Of a stretch of DNA of 64,000 nt, positions 14,293 through 29,200 are shown one piece after another. Position numbers and translations under genes: made by a program. The DNA is from Eledone cirrhosa (taxonomy: Eukaryota): NCBI GenBank assembly GCA_964016885.1, contig OZ024747.1, forward strand, positions 92,132,001 through 92,196,000. The letters run 5' to 3'. How positions within the stretch are numbered: the stretch's first letter is position 1; each line of letters opens with the position of its first letter. Under the pieces are notes generated by a model. It was not told the DNA's origin. It searched no databases and worked only from the letters and a program-made list of their open reading frames with translations.

Positions 14293-17200
14293 TACTTTAT
14301 ATGTATAGTGTCACAGACATGTCAGTGTTCACGTGTACTTTATATCTATAGTGTCACAGACGTGTCAGTGTTCACGTCTACTTTATATGTATAGTGTCAC
14401 AGACGTATAGTGTTCACGTCTACTTTATATGTATAGTGTCACAGACGTATAGTGTTCACGTCTACTTTATATATATAGTGTCACAGACGTGTCAGTATTC
14501 ACGTCTACTTTATATGTATAGTGTCACAGACGTATAGTGTTCACGTCTACTTTATATGTATAGTGTCACAGACATGTCAGTGTTCACGTCTACTTTATAT
14601 GTATAGTGTCACAGACGTGTCAGTGTTCACGTCTACTTTATATGTATAGTGTCACAGACGTGTCAGTGTTCACGTGTACTTTATATGTATAGTGTCACAG
14701 ACATGTCAGTGTTCACCTCTACTTTATATGTATAGTGTCACAGACGTGTCAGTGTTCACGTCTACTTTATATATATAGTGTCACAGACGTGTCAGTGTTC
14801 ACGTCTACTTTATATGTATAGTGTCACAGACGTGTCAGTGTTCACGTGTACTTTATATGTATAGTGTCACGGACATGTCAGTGTTCACGTGTACTTTATA
14901 TGTATAGTGTCACAGACGTGTCAGTGTTCACGTGTACTTTATATGTATAGTGTCACAGACGTATAGTGTTCACGTCTACTTTATGTTTATAGTGTCACAG
15001 ACATGTCAGTGTTCACGTCTACTTTATATGTATAGTGTCACAGACGTGTCAGTGTTCACGTCTACTTTATATTTATAGTGTCACAGACGTGTCAGTGTTC
15101 ACGTCTACTTTATATGTATAGTGTCACAGACGTGTCAGTGTTCACGTCTACTTTATATGTATAGTGTCACAGACGTATAGTGTTCACGTCTACTTTATAT
15201 GTATAGTGTCACAGACGTGTCAGTGTTCACGTCTACTTTATATGTATAGTGTCACAGACGTATAGTGTTCGCGTCTACTTTATATGTATAGTGTCACAGA
15301 CGTGTCAGTGTTCACGTCTACTTTATTTGTATAGTGTCACAGACGTGTCAGTGTTCACGTGTACTTTATATGTATAGTGTCACAGACATGTCAGTGTTCA
15401 CGTCTACTTTATATGTATAGTGTCACAGACGTGTCAGTGTTCACGTCTACTTTATATGTATAGTGTCACAGACGTGTCAGTGTTCACGTGTACTTTATAT
15501 GTATAGTGTCACAGACATGTCAGTGTTCACGTCTACTTTATATGTATAGTGTCACAGAATTGTCAGTGTTCACGTCTACTTTATATGTATAGTGTCACAG
15601 ACGTGTCAGTGTTCACGTCTACTTTATATGTATAGTGTCACAGACGTGTCAGTGTTCACGTCTACTTTATATGTATAGTGTCACATACGTGTCAGCGTTC
15701 ACGTCTACTTTATATATATAGTGTCACAGAATTGTCAGTGTTCACGTCTACTTTATATGTATAGTGTCACAGACGTGTCAGCGTTCACGTCTACTTCATA
15801 TATATAGTGTCACAGACGTGTCAGTGTTCACGTCTACTTTATATGTATAGAGTCACAGACGTATAGTGTTCACGTGTACTTTATATGTATAGTGTCACAG
15901 ACGTGTCAGTGTTCACGTCTACTTTATATGTATAGTGTCACAGACGTGTCAGTGTTCACGTCTACTTTATATGTATAGTGTCACAGACGTGTCAGTGTTC
16001 ACGTCTACTTTATATGTATAGTGTCACAGACGTGTCAGTGTTCACGTCTACTTTATATGTATAGTGTCACAGACGTGTCAGTGTTCACGTCTACTTTATA
16101 TGTATAGTGTCACAGACGTGTCAGTGTTCACGTCTACTTTATATGTATAGTGTCACAGACGTATAGTGTTCACGTCTACTTTATATGTATAGTGTCACAG
16201 ACGTGTCAGTGTTCACGTGTACTTTATATGTATAGTGTCACAGACATGTCAGTGTTCACGTCTACTTTATATGTATAGTGTCACAGACGTGTCAGTGTTC
16301 ACGTCTACTTTATATGTATAGTGTCACAGACGTGTCAGTGTTCACGTGTACTTTATATGTATAGTGTCACAGACATGTCAGTGTTCACCTCTACTTTATA
16401 TGTATAGTGTCACAGACGTGTCAGTGTTCACGTCTACTTTATATATATAGTGTCACAGACGTGTCAGTGTTCACGTCTACTTTATATGTATAGTGTCACA
16501 GACATGTCAGTGTTCACGTGTACTTTATATGTATAGTGTCACGGACATGTCAGTGTTCACGTCTACTTTATATGTATAGTGTCACAGACGTGTCAGTGTT
16601 CACGTGTACTTTATATGTATAGTGTCACAGACGTGTCAGTGTTCACGTCTACTTTATATGTATAGTGTCACAGACGTGTCAGTGTTCACGTCTACTTTAT
16701 ATGTATAGTGTCACAGACGTATAGTGTTCACGTCTACTTTATATGTATAGTGTCACAGACGTGTCAGTGTTCACGTCTACTTTATATGTATAGTGTCACA
16801 GACGTATAGTGTTCGCGTCTACTTTATATGTATAGCGTCACAGACGTGTCAGTGTTCACGTCTACTTTATTTGTATAGTGTCACAGACGTGTCAGTGTTC
16901 ACGTCTACTTTATATGTATAGTGTAACAGACGTGTCAGTGTTCACGTCTACTTTATATGTATAGTGTCACAGACGTGTCAGTGTTCACGTCTACTTTATA
17001 TGTATAGTGTCACAGACGTATAGTGTTCACGTCTACTTTATATGTATAGTGTCACAGACGTGTCAGTGTTCACGTCTACTTTATATGTATAGTGTCACAG
17101 ACGTATAGTGTTCGCGTCTACTTTATATGTATAGTGTCACAGACGTGTCAGTGTTCACGTCTACTTTATTTGTATAGTGTCACAGACGTGTCAGTGTTCA

Positions 17201-20200
17201 CGTCTACTTTATATGTATAGTGTCACAGACGTGTCAGTGTTCACGTGTACTTTATATGTATAGTGTCACAGACATGTCAGTGTTCACGTGTACTTTATAT
17301 GTATAGTGTCACAGACATGTCAGTGTTCACGTCTACTTTATATGTATAGTGTCACAGACGTGTCAGTGTTCACGTCTACTTTATATGTATAGTGTCACAG
17401 ACGTGTCAGTGTTCACGTGTACTTTATATGTATAGTGTCACAGACGTGTCAGTGTTCACGTGTACTTTATATGTATAGTGTCACAGACGTATAGTGTTCA
17501 CGTCTACTTTATGTTTATAGTGTCACAGACATGTCAGTGTTCACGTCTACTTTATATGTATAGTGTCACAGACGTGTCAGTGTTCACGTCTACTTTATAT
17601 GTATAGTGTCACAGACATGTCAGTGTTCACGTCTACTTTATATGTATAGTGTCACAGAATTGTCAGTGTTCACGTCTACTTTATATGTATAGTGTCACAG
17701 ACGTGTCAGTGTTCACGTCTACTTTATATGTATAGTGTCACAGACGTGTCAGTGTTCACGTCTACTTTATATGTATAGTGTCACAGACGTGTCAGCGTTC
17801 ACGTCTACTTTATATATATAGTGTCACAGAATTGTCAGTGTTCACGTCTACTTTATATGTATAGTGTCACAGACGTGTCAGCGTTCACGTCTACTTCATA
17901 TATATAGTGTCACAGACGTGTCAGTGTTCACGTCTACTTTATATGTATAGAGTCACAGACGTATAGTGTTCACGTGTACTTTATATGTATAGTGTCACAG
18001 ACGTGTCAGTGTTCACGTCTACTTTATATGTATAGTGTCACAGACGTGTCAGTGTTCACGTCTACTTTATATGTATAGTGTCACAGACGTATAGTGTTCA
18101 CGTCTACTTCATATGTATAGTGTCACAGACGTGTCAGTGTTCACGTGTACTTTATATGTATAGTGTCACAGACGTGTCAGTGTTCACGTCTACTTTATAT
18201 GTATAGTGTCGCGGAGGTGTCAGTGTTCACGTCTACTTTATATGTATAGTGTCACAGACGTATAGTGTTCACGTCTACTTTATATGTATATTGTCACAGA
18301 CATATAGTGTTCACATCTACTTTATATGTATAGTGTCACAGACGTGTCAGTGTTCACGTCTACTTTATATGTATAGTGTCACATACGTGTCAGCGTTCAC
18401 GTCTACTTTATATGTATAGTGTCACAGACGTGTCAGTGTTCACGTGTACTTTATATATATAGTGTCACAAACGTGTAGTGTTCACGTCTACTTTATATGC
18501 ATAGTGTCACAGACGTGTAGTGTTCAGGTCTACTTTATATGTATAGTGTCACAGACGTGTCAGTGTTCACGTGTACTTTATATGTATAGTGTCACAGACG
18601 TGTCAGCGTTCACGTCTACTTTATATATATAGTGTCACAGACGTGTCAGTGTTCACGTTCTACTTTATATGTATAGTGTCACAGACGTATAGTGTTCACG
18701 TCTACTTTATATGTATAGTGTCACAGACGTGTCAGTGTTCACGTGTACTTTATATGTATAGTGTCACAGACGTGTCAGTGTTCACGTCTACTTTATATGT
18801 ATAGTGTCACAGACGTGTCAGTGTTTCACGTCTACTTTATATGTATAGTGTCACAGACATGTCAGTGTTCACGTGTACTTTATATCTATAGTGTCACAGA
18901 CGTGTCAGTGTTCACGTCTACTTTATATGTATAGTGTCACAGACGTATAGTGTTCACGTCTACTTTATATGTATAGTGTCACAGACGTATAGTGTTCACG
19001 TCTACTTTATATGTATAGTGTCACAGACGTGTCAGTGTTCACGTCTACTTTATATGTATAGTGTCACAGACGTGTCAGTGTTCACGTCTACTTTATATGT
19101 ATAGTGTCACAGACGTGTCAGTGTTCACGTCTACTTTATATGTATAGTGTCACAGACGTGTCAGTGTTCACGTCTACTTTATATGTATAGTGTCACAGAC
19201 GTGTCAGTGTTCACGTCTACTTTATATGTATAGTGTCACAGACGTATAGTGTTCACGTCTACTTTATATGTATAGTGTCACAGACGTGTCAGTGTTCACG
19301 TGTACTTTATATGTATAGTGTCACAGACATGTCAGTGTTCACGTCTACTTTATATGTATAGTGTCACAGACGTGTCAGTGTTCACGTCTACTTTATATGT
19401 ATAGTGTCACAGACGTGTCAGTGTTCACGTGTACTTTATATGTATAGTGTCACAGACATGTCAGTGTTCACCTCTACTTTATATGTATAGTGTCACAGAC
19501 GTGTCAGTGTTCACGTCTACTTTATATATATAGTGTCACAGACGTGTCAGTGTTCACGTCTACTTTATATGTATAGTGTCACAGACATGTCAGTGTTCAC
19601 GTGTACTTTATATGTATAGTGTCACGGACATGTCAGTGTTCACGTCTACTTTATATGTATAGTGTCACAGACGTGTCAGTGTTCACGTGTACTTTATATG
19701 TATAGTGTCACAGACGTGTCAGTGTTCACGTCTACTTTATATGTATAGTGTCACAGACGTGTCAGTGTTCACGTCTACTTTATATGTATAGTGTCACAGA
19801 CGTATAGTGTTCACGTCTACTTTATATGTATAGTGTCACAGACGTGTCAGTGTTCACGTCTACTTTATATGTATAGTGTCACAGACGTATAGTGTTCGCG
19901 TCTACTTTATATGTATAGCGTCACAGACGTGTCAGTGTTCACGTCTACTTTATTTGTATAGTGTCACAGACGTGTCAGTGTTCACGTCTACTTTATATGT
20001 ATAGTGTAACAGACGTGTCAGTGTTCACGTCTACTTTATATGTATAGTGTCACAGACGTGTCAGTGTTCACGTCTACTTTATATGTATAGTGTCACAGAC
20101 GTATAGTGTTCACGTCTACTTTATATGTATAGTGTCACAGACGTGTCAGTGTTCACGTCTACTTTATATGTATAGTGTCACAGACGTATAGTGTTCGCGT

Positions 20201-23200
20201 CTACTTTATATGTATAGTGTCACAGACGTGTCAGTGTTCACGTCTACTTTATTTGTATAGTGTCACAGACGTGTCAGTGTTCACGTCTACTTTATATGTA
20301 TAGTGTCACAGACGTGTCAGTGTTCACGTGTACTTTATATGTATAGTGTCACAGACATGTCAGTGTTCACGTGTACTTTATATGTATAGTGTCACAGACA
20401 TGTCAGTGTTCACGTCTACTTTATATGTATAGTGTCACAGACGTGTCAGTGTTCACGTCTACTTTATATGTATAGTGTCACAGACGTGTCAGTGTTCACG
20501 TGTACTTTATATGTATAGTGTCACAGACGTGTCAGTGTTCACGTGTACTTTATATGTATAGTGTCACAGACGTATAGTGTTCACGTCTACTTTATGTTTA
20601 TAGTGTCACAGACATGTCAGTGTTCACGTCTACTTTATATGTATAGTGTCACAGACGTGTCAGTGTTCACGTCTACTTTATATGTATAGTGTCACAGACA
20701 TGTCAGTGTTCACGTCTACTTTATATGTATAGTGTCACAGAATTGTCAGTGTTCACGTCTACTTTATATGTATAGTGTCACAGACGTGTCAGTGTTCACG
20801 TCTACTTTATATGTATAGTGTCACAGACGTGTCAGTGTTCACGTCTACTTTATATGTATAGTGTCACAGACGTGTCAGCGTTCACGTCTACTTTATATAT
20901 ATAGTGTCACAGAATTGTCAGTGTTCACGTCTACTTTATATGTATAGTGTCACAGACGTGTCAGCGTTCACGTCTACTTCATATATATAGTGTCACAGAC
21001 GTGTCAGTGTTCACGTCTACTTTATATGTATAGAGTCACAGACGTATAGTGTTCACGTGTACTTTATATGTATAGTGTCACAGACGTGTCAGTGTTCACG
21101 TCTACTTTATATGTATAGTGTCACAGACGTGTCAGTGTTCACGTCTACTTTATATGTATAGTGTCACAGACGTATAGTGTTCACGTCTACTTCATATGTA
21201 TAGTGTCACAGACGTGTCAGTGTTCACGTGTACTTTATATGTATAGTGTCACAGACGTGTCAGTGTTCACGTCTACTTTATATGTATAGTGTCGCGGAGG
21301 TGTCAGTGTTCACGTCTACTTTATATGTATAGTGTCACAGACGTATAGTGTTCACGTCTACTTTATATGTATATTGTCACAGACATATAGTGTTCACATC
21401 TACTTTATATGTATAGTGTCACAGACGTGTCAGTGTTCACGTCTACTTTATATGTATAGTGTCACATACGTGTCAGCGTTCACGTCTACTTTATATGTAT
21501 AGTGTCACAGACGTGTCAGTGTTCACGTGTACTTTATATATATAGTGTCACAAACGTGTAGTGTTCACGTCTACTTTATATGCATAGTGTCACAGACGTG
21601 TAGTGTTCAGGTCTACTTTATATGTATAGTGTCACAGACGTGTCAGTGTTCACGTGTACTTTATATGTATAGTGTCACAGACGTGTCAGCGTTCACGTCT
21701 ACTTTATATATATAGTGTCACAGACGTGTCAGTGTTCACGTTCTACTTTATATGTATAGTGTCACAGACGTATAGTGTTCACGTCTACTTTATATGTATA
21801 GTGTCACAGACGTGTCAGTGTTCACGTGTACTTTATATGTATAGTGTCACAGACGTGTCAGTGTTCACGTCTACTTTATATGTATAGTGTCACAGACGTG
21901 TCAGTGTTTCACGTCTACTTTATATGTATAGTGTCACAGACATGTCAGTGTTCACGTGTACTTTATATCTATAGTGTCACAGACGTGTCAGTGTTCACGT
22001 CTACTTTATATGTATAGTGTCACAGACGTATAGTGTTCACGTCTACTTTATATGTATAGTGTCACAGACGTATAGTGTTCACGTCTACTTTATATATATA
22101 GTGTCACAGACGTGTCAGTATTCACGTCTACTTTATATGTATAGTGTCACAGACGTATAGTGTTCACGTCTACTTTATATGTATAGTGTCACAGACATGT
22201 CAGTGTTCACGTCTACTTTATATGTATAGTGTCACAGACGTGTCAGTGTTCACGTCTACTTTATATGTATAGTGTCACAGACGTGTCAGTGTTCACGTGT
22301 ACTTTATATGTATAGTGTCACAGACATGTCAGTGTTCACCTCTACTTTATATGTATAGTGTCACAGACGTGTCAGTGTTCACGTCTACTTTATATATATA
22401 GTGTCACAGACGTGTCAGTGTTCACGTCTACTTTATATGTATAGTGTCACAGACGTGTAAGTGTTCACGTGTACTTTATATGTATAGTGTCACGGACATG
22501 TCAGTGTTCACGTGTACTTTATATGTATAGTGTCACAGACGTGTCAGTGTTCACGTGTACTTTATATGTATAGTGTCACGGACATGTCAGTGTTCACGTG
22601 TACTTTATATGTATAGTGTCACAGACGTGTCAGTGTTCACGTGTACTTTATATGTATAGTGTCACAGACATGTCAGTGTTCACCTCTACTTTATATGTAT
22701 AGTGTCACAGACGTGTCAGTGTTCACGTCTACTTTATATATATAGTGTCACAGACGTGTCAGTGTTCACGTCTACTTTATATGTATAGTGTCACAGACAT
22801 GTCAGTGTTCACGTGTACTTTATATGTATAGTGTCACGGACATGTCAGTGTTCACGTCTACTTTATATGTATAGTGTCACAGACGTGTCAGTGTTCACGT
22901 GTACTTTATATGTATAGTGTCACAGACGTGTCAGTGTTCACGTCTACTTTATATGTATAGTGTCACAGACGTGTCAGTGTTCACGTCTACTTTATATGTA
23001 TAGTGTCACAGACGTATAGTGTTCACGTCTACTTTATATGTATAGTGTCACAGACGTGTCAGTGTTCACGTCTACTTTATATGTATAGTGTCACAGACGT
23101 ATAGTGTTCGCGTCTACTTTATATGTATAGTGTCACAGACGTGTCAGTGTTCACGTCTACTTTATTTGTATAGTGTCACAGACGTGTCAGTGTTCACGTC

Positions 23201-26200
23201 TACTTTATATGTATAGTGTAACAGACGTGTCAGTGTTCACGTCTACTTTATATGTATAGTGTCACAGACGTGTCAGTGTTCACGTCTACTTTATATGTAT
23301 AGTGTCACAGACGTATAGTGTTCACGTCTACTTTATATGTATAGTGTCACAGACGTGTCAGTGTTCACGTCTACTTTATATGTATAGTGTCACAGACGTA
23401 TAGTGTTCGCGTCTACTTTATATGTATAGTGTCACAGACGTGTCAGTGTTCACGTCTACTTTATTTGTATAGTGTCACAGACGTGTCAGTGTTCACGTCT
23501 ACTTTATATGTATAGTGTCACAGACGTGTCAGTGTTCACGTGTACTTTATATGTATAGTGTCACAGACATGTCAGTGTTCACGTGTACTTTATATGTATA
23601 GTGTCACGGACATGTCAGTGTTCACGTCTACTTTATATGTATAGTGTCACAGACGTGTCAGTGTTCACGTCTACTTTATATGTATAGTGTCACAGACGTG
23701 TCAGTGTTCACGTGTACTTTATATGTATAGTGTCACAGACGTGTCAGTGTTCACGTGTACTTTATATGTATAGTGTCACAGACGTATAGTGTTCACGTCT
23801 ACTTTATGTTTATAGTGTCACAGACATGTCAGTGTTCACGTCTACTTTATATGTATAGTGTCACAGACGTGTCAGTGTTCACGTCTACTTTATATGTATA
23901 GTGTCACAGACATGTCAGTGTTCACGTCTACTTTATATGTATAGTGTCACAGAATTGTCAGTGTTCACGTCTACTTTATATGTATAGTGTCACAGACGTG
24001 TCAGTGTTCACGTCTACTTTATATGTATAGTGTCACAGACGTGTCAGTGTTCACGTCTACTTTATATGTATAGTGTCACAGACGTGTCAGCGTTCACGTC
24101 TACTTTATATATATAGTGTCACAGAATTGTCAGTGTTCACGTCTACTTTATATGTATAGTGTCACAGACGTGTCAGCGTTCACGTCTACTTCATATATAT
24201 AGTGTCACAGACGTGTCAGTGTTCACGTCTACTTTATATGTATAGAGTCACAGACGTATAGTGTTCACGTGTACTTTATATGTATAGTGTCACAGACGTG
24301 TCAGTGTTCACGTCTACTTTATATGTATAGTGTCACAGACGTGTCAGTGTTCACGTCTACTTTATATGTATAGTGTCACAGACGTATAGTGTTCACGTCT
24401 ACTTCATATGTATAGTGTCACAGACGTGTCAGTGTTCACGTGTACTTTATATGTATAGTGTCACAGACGTGTCAGTGTTCACGTCTACTTTATATGTATA
24501 GTGTCGCGGAGGTGTCAGTGTTCACGTCTACTTTATATGTATAGTGTCACAGACGTATAGTGTTCACGTCTACTTTATATGTATATTGTCACAGACATAT
24601 AGTGTTCACATCTACTTTATATGTATAGTGTCACAGACGTGTCAGTGTTCACGTCTACTTTATATGTATAGTGTCACATACGTGTCAGCGTTCACGTCTA
24701 CTTTATATGTATAGTGTCACAGACGTGTCAGTGTTCACGTGTACTTTATATATATAGTGTCACAAACGTGTAGTGTTCACGTCTACTTTATATGCATAGT
24801 GTCACAGACGTGTAGTGTTCAGGTCTACTTTATATGTATAGTGTCACAGACGTGTCAGTGTTCACGTGTACTTTATATGTATAGTGTCACAGACATGTCA
24901 GTGTTCACGTGTACTTTATATCTATAGTGTCACAGACGTGTCAGTGTTCACGTCTACTTTATATGTATAGTGTCACAGACGTATAGTGTTCACGTCTACT
25001 TTATATGTATAGTGTCACAGACGTATAGTGTTCACGTCTACTTTATATATATAGTGTCACAGACGTGTCAGTATTCACGTCTACTTTATATGTATAGTGT
25101 CACAGACGTATAGTGTTCACGTCTACTTTATATGTATAGTGTCACAGACATGTCAGTGTTCACGTCTACTTTATATGTATAGTGTCACAGACGTGTCAGT
25201 GTTCACGTCTACTTTATATGTATAGTGTCACAGACGTGTCAGTGTTCACGTGTACTTTATATGTATAGTGTCACAGACATGTCAGTGTTCACCTCTACTT
25301 TATATGTATAGTGTCACAGACGTGTCAGTGTTCACGTCTACTTTATATATATAGTGTCACAGACGTGTCAGTGTTCACGTCTACTTTATATGTATAGTGT
25401 CACAGACGTGTCAGTGTTCACGTGTACTTTATATGTATAGTGTCACGGACATGTCAGTGTTCACGTGTACTTTATATGTATAGTGTCACAGACGTGTCAG
25501 TGTTCACGTGTACTTTATATGTATAGTGTCACAGACGTATAGTGTTCACGTCTACTTTATGTTTATAGTGTCACAGACATGTCAGTGTTCACGTCTACTT
25601 TATATGTATAGTGTCACAGACGTGTCAGTGTTCACGTCTACTTTATATTTATAGTGTCACAGACGTGTCAGTGTTCACGTCTACTTTATATGTATAGTGT
25701 CACAGACGTGTCAGTGTTCACGTCTACTTTATATGTATAGTGTCACAGACGTATAGTGTTCACGTCTACTTTATATGTATAGTGTCACAGACGTGTCAGT
25801 GTTCACGTCTACTTTATATGTATAGTGTCACAGACGTATAGTGTTCGCGTCTACTTTATATGTATAGTGTCACAGACGTGTCAGTGTTCACGTCTACTTT
25901 ATTTGTATAGTGTCACAGACGTGTCAGTGTTCACGTGTACTTTATATGTATAGTGTCACAGACATGTCAGTGTTCACGTCTACTTTATATGTATAGTGTC
26001 ACAGACGTGTCAGTGTTCACGTCTACTTTATATGTATAGTGTCACAGACGTGTCAGTGTTCACGTGTACTTTATATGTATAGTGTCACAGACATGTCAGT
26101 GTTCACGTCTACTTTATATGTATAGTGTCACAGAATTGTCAGTGTTCACGTCTACTTTATATGTATAGTGTCACAGACGTGTCAGTGTTCACGTCTACTT

Positions 26201-29200
26201 TATATGTATAGTGTCACAGACGTGTCAGTGTTCACGTCTACTTTATATGTATAGTGTCACATACGTGTCAGCGTTCACGTCTACTTTATATATATAGTGT
26301 CACAGAATTGTCAGTGTTCACGTCTACTTTATATGTATAGTGTCACAGACGTGTCAGCGTTCACGTCTACTTCATATATATAGTGTCACAGACGTGTCAG
26401 TGTTCACGTCTACTTTATATGTATAGAGTCACAGACGTATAGTGTTCACGTGTACTTTATATGTATAGTGTCACAGACGTGTCAGTGTTCACGTCTACTT
26501 TATATGTATAGTGTCACAGACGTGTCAGTGTTCACGTCTACTTTATATGTATAGTGTCACAGACGTGTCAGTGTTCACGTCTACTTTATATGTATAGTGT
26601 CACAGACGTGTCAGTGTTCACGTCTACTTTATATGTATAGTGTCACAGACGTGTCAGTGTTCACGTCTACTTTATATGTATAGTGTCACAGACGTGTCAG
26701 TGTTCACGTCTACTTTATATGTATAGTGTCACAGACGTATAGTGTTCACGTCTACTTTATATGTATAGTGTCACAGACGTGTCAGTGTTCACGTGTACTT
26801 TATATGTATAGTGTCACAGACATGTCAGTGTTCACGTCTACTTTATATGTATAGTGTCACAGACGTGTCAGTGTTCACGTCTACTTTATATGTATAGTGT
26901 CACAGACGTGTCAGTGTTCACGTGTACTTTATATGTATAGTGTCACAGACATGTCAGTGTTCACCTCTACTTTATATGTATAGTGTCACAGACGTGTCAG
27001 TGTTCACGTCTACTTTATATATATAGTGTCACAGACGTGTCAGTGTTCACGTCTACTTTATATGTATAGTGTCACAGACATGTCAGTGTTCACGTGTACT
27101 TTATATGTATAGTGTCACGGACATGTCAGTGTTCACGTCTACTTTATATGTATAGTGTCACAGACGTGTCAGTGTTCACGTGTACTTTATATGTATAGTG
27201 TCACAGACGTGTCAGTGTTCACGTCTACTTTATATGTATAGTGTCACAGACGTGTCAGTGTTCACGTCTACTTTATATGTATAGTGTCACAGACGTATAG
27301 TGTTCACGTCTACTTTATATGTATAGTGTCACAGACGTGTCAGTGTTCACGTCTACTTTATATGTATAGTGTCACAGACGTATAGTGTTCGCGTCTACTT
27401 TATATGTATAGCGTCACAGACGTGTCAGTGTTCACGTCTACTTTATTTGTATAGTGTCACAGACGTGTCAGTGTTCACGTCTACTTTATATGTATAGTGT
27501 AACAGACGTGTCAGTGTTCACGTCTACTTTATATGTATAGTGTCACAGACGTGTCAGTGTTCACGTCTACTTTATATGTATAGTGTCACAGACGTATAGT
27601 GTTCACGTCTACTTTATATGTATAGTGTCACAGACGTGTCAGTGTTCACGTCTACTTTATATGTATAGTGTCACAGACGTATAGTGTTCGCGTCTACTTT
27701 ATATGTATAGTGTCACAGACGTGTCAGTGTTCACGTCTACTTTATTTGTATAGTGTCACAGACGTGTCAGTGTTCACGTCTACTTTATATGTATAGTGTC
27801 ACAGACGTGTCAGTGTTCACGTGTACTTTATATGTATAGTGTCACAGACATGTCAGTGTTCACGTGTACTTTATATGTATAGTGTCACAGACATGTCAGT
27901 GTTCACGTCTACTTTATATGTATAGTGTCACAGACGTGTCAGTGTTCACGTCTACTTTATATGTATAGTGTCACAGACGTGTCAGTGTTCACGTGTACTT
28001 TATATGTATAGTGTCACAGACGTGTCAGTGTTCACGTGTACTTTATATGTATAGTGTCACAGACGTATAGTGTTCACGTCTATTTTATGTTTATAGTGTC
28101 ACAGACATGTCAGTGTTCACGTCTACTTTATATGTATAGTGTCACAGACGTGTCAGTGTTCACGTCTACTTTATATGTATAGTGTCACAGACATGTCAGT
28201 GTTCACGTCTACTTTATATGTATAGTGTCACAGAATTGTCAGTGTTCACGTCTACTTTATATGTATAGTGTCACAGACGTGTCAGTGTTCACGTCTACTT
28301 TATATGTATAGTGTCACAGACGTGTCAGTGTTCACGTCTACTTTATATGTATAGTGTCACAGACGTGTCAGCGTTCACGTCTACTTTATATATATAGTGT
28401 CACAGAATTGTCAGTGTTCACGTCTACTTTATATGTATAGTGTCACAGACGTGTCAGCGTTCACGTCTACTTCATATATATAGTGTCACAGACGTGTCAG
28501 TGTTCACGTCTACTTTATATGTATAGAGTCACAGACGTATAGTGTTCACGTGTACTTTATATGTATAGTGTCACAGACGTGTCAGTGTTCACGTCTACTT
28601 TATATGTATAGTGTCACAGACGTGTCAGTGTTCACGTCTACTTTATATGTATAGTGTCACAGACGTATAGTGTTCACGTCTACTTCATATGTATAGTGTC
28701 ACAGACGTGTCAGTGTTCACGTGTACTTTATATGTATAGTGTCACAGACGTGTCAGTGTTCACGTCTACTTTATATGTATAGTGTCGCGGAGGTGTCAGT
28801 GTTCACGTCTACTTTATATGTATAGTGTCACAGACGTATAGTGTTCACGTCTACTTTATATGTATATTGTCACAGACATATAGTGTTCACATCTACTTTA
28901 TATGTATAGTGTCACAGACGTGTCAGTGTTCACGTCTACTTTATATGTATAGTGTCACATACGTGTCAGCGTTCACGTCTACTTTATATGTATAGTGTCA
29001 CAGACGTGTCAGTGTTCACGTGTACTTTATATATATAGTGTCACAAACGTGTAGTGTTCACGTCTACTTTATATGCATAGTGTCACAGACGTGTAGTGTT
29101 CAGGTCTACTTTATATGTATAGTGTCACAGACGTGTCAGTGTTCACGTGTACTTTATATGTATAGTGTCACAGACGTGTCAGCGTTCACGTCTACTTTAT